Assembly (NCBI RefSeq): GCF_963506605.1
Contig: NC_083281.1
Coordinates: 20,770,001 to 20,834,000 of the forward strand
Length of the DNA: 64,000 bases
Reading direction: 5' to 3'
Source of the DNA: Zootoca vivipara
Taxonomy: Eukaryota
Part shown: one piece after another, positions 11,318 through 21,962 of the stretch
Position numbering within the stretch: the stretch's first letter is position 1
Layout: each line of letters opens with the position of its first letter
Position numbers and translations under genes: made by a program
The notes under the pieces: generated by a model
What the model was told of the DNA's origin: nothing
The model's input: the letters and a program-made list of their open reading frames with translations, nothing else
Databases searched by the model: none

Positions 11318-11963
11318 GGTAAAGGGGCCCCTGACCATCAGGTCCAGTCGTGTCCAACTCTGGGGTTGTGGTGCTCATCTCGCTCTATAGGCCAAGGGAG
11401 ACGGTGTTTGTCCGCAGACAGCTTCCGGGTCATGTGGCCAGCATGACAAAGCTCAGGGCCGGCCCTACGGCCAGGCTGGGTGGCGCAGGGCACCATGGCG
11501 TCGGCCCGCCAGGAGGGTGCCGCGAGCTGCGCCCACCCGCTGGCCGCCTGGTCCTCCGCGCAGCAGCGCCTGTGGTAGCACCGCTGCGCACCGCGCCCAC
11601 CCACCCGCCCACCGCGCTGGGAAACGGGGCAGGGGGGCGCCGGAGGGGAAACGGGGTGGGGGGCGCCGGAGGGGAAACGGGGTGGGGGGCGCCGGAGGGA
11701 TCCGCCGCTCCACGGCGCCGGGGCGCTTAAGACGGCCCTGACAAAGCTGCTTCTGGCAAACCAGAGCAGCGCACGGAAACGCCGTTTACCTTCCCGCCGG
11801 AGCGGTCCCTATTTATCTACTTGCACTTTGATGTGCTTTCGAACTGCTAGGTGGGCAGGAGCTGGGACCGAGCAACGGGAGCTCACCCCTTTGATGGGAA
11901 TCAAACCGCCGATCTTCTGATCAGCAAGCCCTAGACTCTGTGGTTTAACCCACAGTGCCACCT

Positions 11964-11965
<2 letters not shown>
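11318..11965 (-). mobile_element. Sauria SINE interrupted by a hAT insertion
   Basis: Reverse complement of the Sauria SINE copies elsewhere in the window. Confidence 0.85.
11454..11740. mobile_element. Young GC-rich hAT MITE with an internal ~26-bp tandem repeat
   Basis: TIRs CAGGGCCG / CGGCCCTG; 8-bp TSD ACAAAGCT (11446-11453, 11741-11748); CpGs intact. Confidence 0.85.
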
Positions 11966-12013
<48 letters not shown>

Positions 12014-12575
12014 TCTTATTTGCTTAATGAAGCTACCATAAATCACATTCACAGTACACATTTCGAGGTATAATGCTGAATGCTTTCATTCAGTAAAGCA
12101 GGGGTGGGGAACATATGACTCTTCAGAAGCTACTGGACTACTACTACTCCCATCATACCTGACCACCCAGAAGCGTGGGGTGGTGGTGGACCTGACCATC
12201 AGCTGGCGCTGATGGGAGTTGGAGTCCAACAAATCATCTGATGGGCCACAGATCCTCCAGCCCTGCAGGAACGGCTGCAAACTTTTCAATAGCCTCTGCC
12301 TCTCATATCTCTAACATCTGTCCAAGATGCAGGGATTAAGCAGGTGAAGCTCTCCCTGGCATTTAGATATTTAGTGGGAAAATTGCTTTGTTTCTGCGTG
12401 GAAATACGTTAAAGCCACAAGAGCATGTCTGGTGGAACAGACTCCCACAAGATCTAGGTGAGATTCCTGCATCGTAGGGAGTTGGACTAGATGACCCTTG
12501 GGGGGAGGGGTCCCTTCCAGCTCTACAATTCTATGATTCTATGAAATACAGCAGCTAGTAGAAATTGAGACTTAC

Positions 12576-12623
12576 CTCTCAGTTTAGATTGCCGCGTTCC
12601 TTCTTCTTCGCTGTTAGGGAGAC
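12576..12623 (-). other. APOC2: Candidate second non-coding 5' exon of APOC2 (48 nt)
   Basis: GTTTTAG| acceptor and strong GAG|GTAAGT donor; no ATG inside. Confidence 0.5.
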
Positions 12624-13142
12624 CTAAAACTAAGCACAGAAGATATGCAGGTAAACAGTAAACAGAGCCCCTTAGGGACAACAGTTCTTCCCATTTCGGA
12701 ATCAGAGGTCAGCCCTTGACCTCCTTAGAACAGGAATTCCAAAAAGCCTGTTTGGTTTCCTCTCAGAGGCCATTGCATCGCACTGTCACATTTCCTACCT
12801 TGCTCTCAAATATGCAAAAATGTAAATGGACTGTGGGCAAGGGCAACAGACAACTTTTTTTAAAAAAAAAAGGTGGAGGAATTATAGCACCAGTTCCTAA
12901 ATTCTGCAGCACTCCCCCTCCCATGGCATTGGTCCCTGGGTCTCAAAGGAGCACATCTTATTGTGATGGATCTCCCCTTTGGGTCCTGGCATGGCCTCAA
13001 CTTCCTCATCTGTTGCATGGGTACAAGAGCCAAAAACGCCGGCAACTTTTCTCCCCCATTAAACCTGGCTCCTGTTGGTCTTTCCAAAGGTACAAGGGAG
13101 ATGGCCGCAGAGTTAAGCCCCTGAGAAGACAAGCACACTCAC

Positions 13143-13185
13143 TCTCTGCAGCAGCAGCCACCGCCGTCCTTGTTACCCTTCCCTG
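13143..13185 (-). other. APOC2: Non-coding first exon of APOC2 (TSS approximate)
   Basis: AGA|GTGAGT donor at 13142-13141; TATAAA at 13208-13213. Confidence 0.65.
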
Positions 13186-13207
13186 GCCCAGAATTAGCCA
13201 CCGCACA

Positions 13208-13307
13208 TTTATATGAGACGGAGCTCTTGCACCCACAGCCCTCTTCCCCACCTTCTCCCACAATCCTCTTGGCCAAATGGCACATCCCCTGAGATGTCCA
13301 AAGTTCA
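13208..13307 (-). promoter_or_regulatory. APOC2: APOC2 promoter: TATA box and HNF4-type DR1 element
   Basis: TATAAA 13208-13213; TGTCCAAAGTTCA at 13295-13307. Confidence 0.6.
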
Positions 13308-14778
13308 AGCAAACAGGTCTGAGCTGCAACACCGCTGGGCGAGAGTTTCCAGGGAATATCCGCCTTTGTGAGCCAGCAGGCTGGTGGGCTCAGCTGAAGA
13401 AGAGTAAGGACACTGCCCAGTGATAAAGTTCTCCCATCCATTACCAACTTTGGAGCCCCGAGAGTTTAGGACATGAAGTAGAGCCCTTCTGCACCAGGCC
13501 AAAGGTCCACCTAGCTCAGTGTTTCCCAAACTTGGGTCTCCAGCTGGGTTTTTTTTAACTACAGTTCCCATCATCCCTTACCACTGGCCCCGCTAGCTAG
13601 GGGTGATGGGAGTTGTAGTCCAAAAACCTCTGTAGACCCAAGTTTGAGAAACACTGGTGTAGTCCAACGTTCTGTTCTCACTGTGGTCAGGTAGATGCCT
13701 TTGGAGGCCCCTCTAGAAGTGCGACCGAGCTCTCCCCATCTTGGGATTCCCAAAAAGTGGTACCTAGGGGCATACTGCCTCCAACAGAGGCTATTAGCTA
13801 CTGGCAGCCACTGGCCTAATCTGTATGGAACCAGCCCTCCATATTAGCAGCTTAAAATGCAGTGAGGTCACTGGAGGCAGGGATGTCTTCACCGGATACA
13901 CAGGACCTCCAAGGGCCCCGATTTTCCAGGGACAGTCCTGGAATTACAAAAGCGGTCCCAGCTTCTGATTTGATCCCGGGAGGTCCCTATTTCCCCTGCC
14001 AGCGCTGAGGTCCGGGAGCAGGAAGAGCCGGCGCTTGTCCCAAGTGATGACGATGCCGCCAGTGGCGGTGAGGTAGCATGCTGTTGCCTCTCCATGGTTG
14101 CCGCTGCCAGCCTCCTCCCTGAGGCCCAACCCTGTCTTGTTGCACAAGCTCTGAGGGGCAGGCAGAGGGCAGGGCTGTCCTGGGTGGGAAGAAAGGGGGA
14201 GCAGAGCACAAGGAGTCTTGGTGTGTGTGTCTGGATCTAATACTGCCCCTTTCTTCAATTTGTTTATTGGTGTGTGCTTCTCTTTTTATAAATCTGCCAA
14301 AGAATGAATTAAAATAAAAACGGGATTAAGGGTTTTTTCTAAGGCTGGTGGAGAACGTGCGTGCTGTGTCTCGTTGGTGAAGTGGTTGTGGCAGTCGCCC
14401 TTCTTTGGGTAGGAAAAATTTTACCAGAGGGGAAAAACTCACGTCATTTGAGGGAAAACATGTCAAAGGGAAAAACTGGGGCACTGTGTTTGGGGATGCC
14501 ACCTTTCCATTTGTTTCTCGTGAGAACACAGTGGTCCTTTTGGGGCGCTGTGATCTCTTGTGATTTTGTGCCTCGGATCCCCCCCGAGATTGTGGCCCTA
14601 GGGAAGGCGGAATTGTGGCGTGCCCAAAATGGCCACCATGTCCTCCTGAGAAAAAATACACAGGATGCCACGGTTTTTCCAGGGCAGTTGAGGTTTATTT
14701 GGTATGTTCACATTACTGCTTCCAGTTTTCTAATAGAATTGAAGCTGGTCTGAGGGGAAAGCCCACATCGAACAACAG

Positions 14779-14896
14779 AAGTGTGCATGCACACGAAAGC
14801 TCATACCAAAATAAAAACTTAGTTGGTCTTTAAGGTGCTACTGAAGGAATTTTTTTATTTTACTTCGACCCAGACCAACACGGCTACCTACCTGTA
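14779..14896 (+). mobile_element. Short Penelope-like 3' end with 5'-truncated hammerhead motif
   Basis: Nearly identical to the 3' end of the other Penelope copies; 12-bp TSD ATCGAACAACAG (14767-14778, 14897-14908). Confidence 0.8.
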
Positions 14897-15114
14897 ATCG
14901 AACAACAGGATTTGTCAAGAAACTACAGGATTGCCATGCGTCGTGACTAATGTCGCGTGAATGTGCCTTCGAAAACTAGCAGTGGTAGTGAGTGATGATG
15001 GGAACATGGCCTCACAAGAGCAGGCCCTGAGGTTGCCCTTGCCTGTATGCCTCCCTTCCTCCCTTCTTCCTCCCCCAGGGCAGAGCTGGACAGCTTCAGT
15101 CCACAGTGTGTATA

Positions 15115-15480
15115 CTGTATTTAAGTTTTCTGTTTTATAAATTTAGAGTATTCATTTAAATAACCTTAAAATATCAATGACTTCCCTTCTTCTCTTTCCA
15201 TGGTTCATTTTGCATAACATAAATATCTGCATATTTTACATAAACTAAACCATTCAGTCTTCCATTATTACATCCATCAAAACTTATTTAAACTGTTGAA
15301 TTTATCTTAATGCTGCCAATGTTTTCAATCGTACAATTTCCCCTCATATATTGAATAAACATTTCCCAATCTTCTTTAAACGTATGTTTTTCTTGTTCTC
15401 TTATTCTATATTTTTTGTCGGCAAGCTGCACATATTCCATCAGTTTAAGTTGCCGTTCTTCTTTAACTGGGACCTCGCTT
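15115..15480 (-). mobile_element. L1/Tx1-clade LINE 3' fragment (ORF2 C-terminus + 3' UTR)
   Basis: Peptide EVPVKEERQLKLMEYVQLA..TFKEDWEMFIQYM resembles squamate L1 ORF2 C-termini; A-rich sense strand. Confidence 0.6.
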
Positions 15481-15655
15481 GTGGGCTGGTCCACAACAAT
15501 TTGTAGTGATTTCAGATGGAACAACGAAGTCATTGGCTCTGATGGACACTTTTCTAGGAGGAGGAGACCTCACTGAACATGGTTGCCTTGGTGTTGAGAT
15601 ATGATACATAAGTCCAGTGGGATGATTCTGAATGAGGAATTGGGCTCTTGCCCTA

Positions 15656-16003
15656 GGGATGTGGGTGGCGCTGTGGGTTAAACCACTGAGCCTACGGCTT
15701 GCCAATCAGAAGGTCAGCAGTTCGAATCCCTGCAATGGGGTGAGCTCCCGTTGCTCGGTCCCTACTCCTGCCAACCTAGCAGTTCGAAAGCATATCAAAG
15801 TGCAAGTAGATAAATAGATATCGCTTGTGGGAAGGTAAACGGCCGTGCGCTGCTCTGGTTCGCAAGAAGCGGCTTAGTCATGCTGGCTACATGACCCGGA
15901 AGCTGTACGCCGGCTCCCTCGGCCAGTAAAGCGAGATGAGCACCACAACCCCAGAGTCGTCCGTGACTGGACCTGATGGTCAGGGGTCCCCTTTACCTTT
16001 ACC
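15656..16003 (+). mobile_element. Full-length Sauria SINE
   Basis: GGGA..GGTGGCGCTGTGGGTTAAACC head, B box GTTCGAATCC, (ACCTTT)n tail; TSD TCTTGCCCT (15646-15654, 16005-16013). Confidence 0.9.
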
Positions 16004-16684
16004 ATCTTGCCCTGGTGGATATCTCAGTCAGTAGAGCATGAGGCGCTTAATCTCAGGGCTGTGGGTTTGAGTCTCACATTGGACAAATACAGTACAGGAG
16101 GTTGAACTAGTTGACGCTCGAGGTCCCTTGTAACTCTACGATTCCATGATTCTATCCGCAGCAGCAAAGTGTTGACTATGCCTTGAATACAGCACAGGAT
16201 CCTCCTTGGAGAAATTCCACGAAGATGCAGTTTGGGCCTAACTTTTCTCTCTGTGTGTATATCATAGCTGCCAAGTTATCCCTTATTTTAAGGGATTTTC
16301 CCTTATGCTGAATAGGCTTCCTCGCGAGAAAAGGGAAAACTTGGCAGCTATGGTGTATATATACACAGCGTGGAAAGTAACCGTGTGAACGCACTGACTG
16401 CACCAGAAGCAGTGGAACAAGGCCTTTCCCCCTAACCTGCCACACCCGGCCATCCTATGCTCGGTGATGTCTCCATCCCAGCCCCGGGCTGGACCTTTCT
16501 TTGAAACGCCTCCCCCAGCAATGGGCAAGGCCTGGTAGGCTGCAAGTCCAAAGGGCTGTTTATTCAAGGATGCAAAGTGATGAGCAGGCAGAGCTTGGGG
16601 AGACAAGGACAGTTTGCTTAGGCCTTGTGCAATATTTGTCCCTGGTCACTGATCAACCAACTTTATTCTGGAGGAGCTTCAAAA

Positions 16685-16733
<49 letters not shown>

Positions 16734-17597
16734 ACCCCACACCTCTCATAAGCAGAGGAAATCTCTGGACTTGGTTGGGGGGAGGAGAAGACACTGCTGG
16801 TTTATAGCTAAGATCCATCAGTGTGGCTTCCTTTGAGCCTCAGGATAAGGACTCCTTTCTGAGCACTATAAATGAACCCTGGAACATGTGATGGGAGTAT
16901 AACAACAGGGGCTGCTTGAGAGCACCCAGTAGTATGTCAGGCTTTGCCAACCTGGTGCCTTCTTTCAGATGTTTTGGACTACAACTCCCATCAGCTGGGG
17001 CTGATGGGAGTTGTAGTCCAAAACATCTGGAAGAAGGCACCAAGTTGACAAAGGCCATAATATGCTTTCCTCGGGAGCAACACGTTTCAGGGATTAGGGG
17101 GCAAAACTTTATCCTCCAAGCAATGTGGCTTCCAGGCAGCCCAGACACATCTCTTTTCCAGATATTAACAACTGTTCTCAGATTTTATTACTATTATTAT
17201 TTATAAGGTTGCCAGCTGACCAGGAAAAAGGAAAAAACTATTTAAGCCTCCAGCTTTAGACAGCAGTTTGATCTCGAGACATGAGCAAATGTAGCTTTTC
17301 ACCCAGCGTTAAGGAACTATGAACTTCCCCTGATTCCTGTAGCTGCAGCTTTTCATTTCAGAAAAAGAAAAGAAAAGAAGAAGTTGGCAACCTTCCAATT
17401 GTGTGCAATCACTTGTCTGTGTTATTTACTCGTTTCCCCTTTTCTGTATCTCGCCTTTCGACCCAGAAGGGGAGCAGACGCGGGCTTGAAGAGCGTTGAA
17501 AAGACTTTTATTCCAGCATCGAGGTGACAGCCCCATAAACTTTGCAATGCAAAGGAGAGCGAGAAACCAGTTTGGTTTGATACTGATGGTGCTCATC

Positions 17598-17637
<40 letters not shown>

Positions 17638-18351
17638 CTCTGCACCCACCAATCCCCTCACACGCCCTCCCCTCTCTCCTGCTATGGGGATAAAAATTAT
17701 GTCTTCCTTTCTACAGCAGAGAGGAGATAGTTTGGGATATCTAATGTGGCGACAGCACAAAATAACTTGAGATGGAACCCCTCACCACCTTTAAAAGCCT
17801 CACCACCTTTAAAAAGGTCTGTGCCTGGGGTAGGGAACTCGATATGTCCAGCAGGATATTCTCTCTGTGTGAGAGAGAATCATTTGTTCCAGAAATAGAG
17901 AAGAACAGAGAAGAGGATTCAAGAAGCAGCAGACGGCTTCTTGTCTATGCAAGGACGTTTTCTGTGGGAACTGCTCTTTGGACAAGCACAGTGTGACAGG
18001 AAGTACTGATAACAATGGTTTTGTGTAACTTGTTGAGAGTCTCTCACTTGCGTCTTGCAGAGAGAGAGTCTTGGACTCTTGTTGAAGTCTAAGCATGCCT
18101 TGACCACGGCAGTGGTGAATGTCTGTATACAGTATATTTGCTACTGATACGCATTTTATGCCTGTCAAGTAAACCTCCACAGTTAACCAAAACCTTATGG
18201 TGGCCATGAGTGTTTATTGCCTACTGTGTTGTGTACCTTCAACACTGAAGACGCTTCCAAGGAAGGAGCTGCGTTGAGATGTAACACTGCCGAGTATGGA
18301 TATTGGCACATACGCACAGCAAAAGTGATGCCAGACCCAATCCTTCTAAAT

Positions 18352-18487
18352 CAGGCACCCCCAAACTCGGCCCTCCAGCTGTTTTGAGACTACAATTCCC
18401 ACCATTCCTGACCACTGGTCCTGTTAGCTAGGGATGATGGGAGTTGTAGTCCCAAAACAGCTGGAGGGCCGAGTTTGGGGACGCCTG
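18352..18487. mobile_element. ~136-bp palindromic hAT (Charlie/Buster-type) MITE; same family at 38917-39052, 61904-62040, 63196-63331, older copies at 13517-13656 and ~16938-17050
   Basis: Long terminal inverted arms; 8-bp TSDs TTCTAAAT, GTATAATA, CCCTAAAT, C(A/G)CTAGGA, all with central TA. Confidence 0.9.
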
Positions 18488-19027
18488 TTCTAAATCATCC
18501 ATCAGAGGTTGATGGATTGATCCAACAATCTAAGCCCACCACCCTCCAAAGTCCAACTTGGAAAAGTGGGCGGGACCATTCACCTGCCCATCACCTGATG
18601 TCACAACGACACGAGGCAACTGACACTTATTTGAGGCTGTGTACATACTAGACTTCAAACACATTGAAAGTACATTCTATGCCTCAAAGAACTGTGGGTG
18701 CAGTAGTTTACTCCTCACAGGGTTGCAATTCTCAGCAAATGTGCTTTAAAGGCGTAGTGCATATACATAGACCTGAGTTCAGGAGCAGGTTGCTCTAAGT
18801 GACGGTCACTGATTGGCAGTTGCAGCAACCTTCTTTGAAGATGCTTGGCATTAGGAGTGCACCTTCAGAAGAGGTTAGCTGTTGATCAGGATCACGATTA
18901 ATGGGAAACCCTTTGCAGTCTCTGTAGAAGGAAAAATTAAAAGCAGAGCATTTTTCCCTCTGCAGAGGAAGCAGATTGAAACCAAAGCTGTCTCCTCCAC
19001 TCTGCTTGGATGCACTGGGGAATTCCT

Positions 19028-19930
19028 TTGTTGTTGTTGTTGTTTAGTCGTTTAGTCGTGTCCGACTCTTCGTGACCCCACGGACCATAGCACGCCAGGC
19101 ACTCCTGTCTTGTACTGCCTCCCGCAGTTTGGTCAAACTCATGTTCGTAGCCTCGAGAACACTGTCCAACCATCTCGTCCTCTGTCGTCCCCTTCTCCTA
19201 GTGCCCTCAATCTTTCCCAACATCAGGGTCTTTTCCAAGGATTCTTCTCTTCTCATGAGGTGGCCAAAGTCTTGGAGCCTCAGCTTCACGATCTGTCCTT
19301 CCAGGGAGCACTCAGGGCTGGTTTCCTTCAGAATGGATAGGTTTGATCTTCTTGCAGTCCATGGGACTCTCAAGAGTCTCCTCCAGCACCATAATTCAAA
19401 AGCATCAATTCTTCGGCGATCAGCCTTCTTGATGGTCCAGCTCTCACTTCCATACATCACTACTACTGGGAAAACCATAGCTTTAACTATACGGACCTTT
19501 GTCGGCAAGGTAATGTCTCTGCTTTTTAAGATGCTGTCTAGGTTTGTCATTGCTTTTCTCCCAAGAAGCAGGCGTCTTTTAATTTCGGGACTGCTGTCAC
19601 CATCTGCAGTGATCAAGGAGCCCAAGAAAGTAAAATCTCTCACTGCCTCCATTTCTTCCCCTTCTATTTGCCAGGAGGTGATGGGACCAGTGGCCATGAT
19701 CTTGGTTTTTTTGATGTTGAGCTTCAGACCATATTTTGCGCTCTCCTCTTTCACCCTCATTAAAAGGTTCTTTAATTCCTCCTCGCTTTCTGCCATCAAG
19801 GTTGTGTCATCTGCATATCTGAGGTTGTTGATATTTCTTCCGGCAATCTTAATTCCGGCTTGGGATTCATCTAGTCCAGCCTTTCGCATGATGAATTCTG
19901 CATATAAGTTAAATAAGCAGGGAGACAGCA
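19028..19930 (-). mobile_element. Bov-B (RTE clade) LINE, 5'-truncated; RT C-terminal ORF still open
   Basis: ORF 19044-19946 with INNLRYADDTTL (YADD) and DAFELWCWRRLLRVPW; (CAA)n tail; TSD GGGGAATTCCT. Confidence 0.95.
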
Positions 19931-20587
19931 GGGGAATTCCTAACACACAACATAAGCAGGGGAATTCCTAACACACAACAAAGTTCAAAGAAATGTGCAT
20001 TTTGAGGGATGGCAGTGTTTCGGTTCGTTCCTGCATCTACAGGGGTTGGCTAGATGACTCTCGGGGACCCTGCCAACTCTATGATTCTATGTATTGTTTT
20101 GCAAAGTGTGAATTGGGCAAGTTCACTTTTAAATGCAAACTGAATCAAATTTCTCTCCCATCTGTATTTCAGTGATCTGGGGGAAAAGGCTGGATTTTGT
20201 ACTTTTGTCAACTTAAAACGGTTAGTCCAACCTCGCTCTGTTTCTCTAGCATACATGGACACATGGTCTTTGATGCAATTTTCTTTTAGAATTCACTCCT
20301 GCGACTTTCAAAGTTGTTTTGTGAGTCCTCGGAAGCTCAAAGAACTTCGGAGTCTGACCGTGTGAAAATCTGAGCGCACATAAAATGCCCTGCAGGAGGG
20401 GAGGAGAGAGGAAGAAATAGTTTTGCTGGTGGGGCAACTTCAGGAAAGTGCTTGAGAACTTGGAAGGGGGAAGGAACCCAAATCACAATTCTTCCTATCT
20501 CATGATGAAACCTTTGGAAGAAAACCTAATCAATAAACAGATAACAATTGCAATAATAATTGAGATTACGGAGCGAGGAATCTTCTG

Positions 20588-20593
20588 TTTATT
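20588..20593 (-). terminator. APOC1: Probable polyadenylation signal of APOC1
   Basis: First AATAAA I found on the minus strand, about 220 nt after the stop. Confidence 0.6.
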
Positions 20594-20814
20594 TAAGGGT
20601 AATAAATGATTCCAATAAACGCATAACAAAAAAGAAAGAAAGAAAATGAAGGAGCTGATGAGAGGTGTGGCCATGCAGCCCTGCCTCCTCCTTCCAGATT
20701 TTCCTGCACCTGGAGAGAAATAGGTGTTCTTCCCATGCAACCTGGTGGTGGTGGAGAGTCATATGCAGAACTTCCTTCCAATCAGAGGTGTGCGGTGGTG
20801 GGGAAGGGATGGAT

Positions 20815-20890
20815 TCAGTCAGATCCCTCGCTGGAAAATGTCGCCTTGACTTTTTCCTTCACCTGCTGGAATCTTTCAGAGAGCCAGTTC
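20815..20890 (-). CDS. APOC1: Apolipoprotein C-I, last coding exon
   Basis: Acceptor CTTCCCATTGGCAG|, phase 2; (R)NWLSERFQQVKEKVKATFSSEGSD* vs human REWFSETFQKVKEKLK. Confidence 0.92.
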
Positions 20891-21811
20891 CTGCCAATGG
20901 GAAGAAGGCAACAGTGAAGGAGCCCTGCCACCCTCGCCAGGGTCTGTGCAAGACACGGCTACCCCTCCTCCTCTCCCCAATTTGCTGTTAAACAGTTCTG
21001 CCGCCTCCAATGCAGTGGCGGCGACGGCCTCCTGAAATTTGCCTTGCCCCCTTCTCTACCTTGCTCAGAGGTGAGCGGGGTTCTTTCTTCAGAGGGAGGC
21101 ATTCTGGGGGCGAGGGGGCCCGGTGGGGAGCGCCTGCATTGCCACCAGTCCCCAAGAGTGTCTAAAATGAATTTCTAGCTGCCATGGGACTGGGGGGAGT
21201 GCCTTTTCGCCCCTGCTGCATTCTGTCCCGCTCTGCTTTCTCCACCTACTGGTGGCTGAAAGGAACTATTATTTATCTTGAATACCTGTTGAGATTGGGG
21301 GAAGGTGTTGTTCTCTGTGAAGATCCTTGCTTCCACAGTAGCCCCCCCCCCAAAAAATGCAGGGCCTGATGCCTTCTATCCAATCTAGCCAGAATCTAGT
21401 TGGAGCCCAACTTTGCACTCTTGAGAGAGGAAATATAAGAACCCGCCTTATACTTAGCCTGAATCTTGGTCCATCTGACTAGCAGAGGTTCTCCTCTTCT
21501 GTATGCAGAGCCACTAAGCTCCAACCCACAGGAGCTTTCGGGTTCCTTCTGTCTGCTCCACGCATCTCAGCAGCTAGGTGGCTTCCCCTCTCTGAATTTT
21601 TGCCCACACTATGGCTTTGAGGCACATTTGATGCACACCCTTTCCCTCAGAGAATTCTGGGCACTGTAGTTTACCCCTCACAGAGTTAGAATTCCCAGCA
21701 ACCATTAAGAAACGGCAGTGCCCAGAATTCTTTTTTTTGGGGGGGGGAGAGAATTCTGTGCATACACAGCCCTGGGTTTCAGGCCTCTCAAGGAAGCCAC
21801 CCGAGATTCAC

Positions 21812-21962
21812 CTGGCTTTGGTGAGTGTCTCACTGTTGTGGAGGTCCTGGAGAGCTGTTTTGGTCTTCTCTCCAGCGTTGTCAATAAAAGTCTTAACATT
21901 ACTCTGGAAGTTCTCGAACCTTTGAGACAGGGAGGGCTCTGTTGGCCCAATCTCAGTGGAGT
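21812..21962 (-). CDS. APOC1: Apolipoprotein C-I, middle coding exon
   Basis: 151 nt, phase 1 to 2, CTCCAAG| ... AG|GTGAAT; (D)STEIGPTEPSLSQRFENFQSNVKTFIDNAGEKTKTALQDLHNSETLTKA is an amphipathic helix typical of non-mammalian apoC-I. Confidence 0.9.

Noticed and set aside
17420-18286. Possible solo LTR (TGTTA..TAACA, AGTAAA)
   Set aside because: No convincing TSD or clear 5' boundary.
19072-19971. 299-aa plus-strand ORF (and similar ORFs at 33598-34020 and 54986-55432)
   Set aside because: Antisense frames of Bov-B RT.
20246-20420. Strong acceptor followed by a frame ending ..HQRPCVHVC, considered as an APOC4 last exon
   Set aside because: No apoC-IV motifs in any frame and no upstream partner exons; lies just beyond the APOC1 polyA signal.
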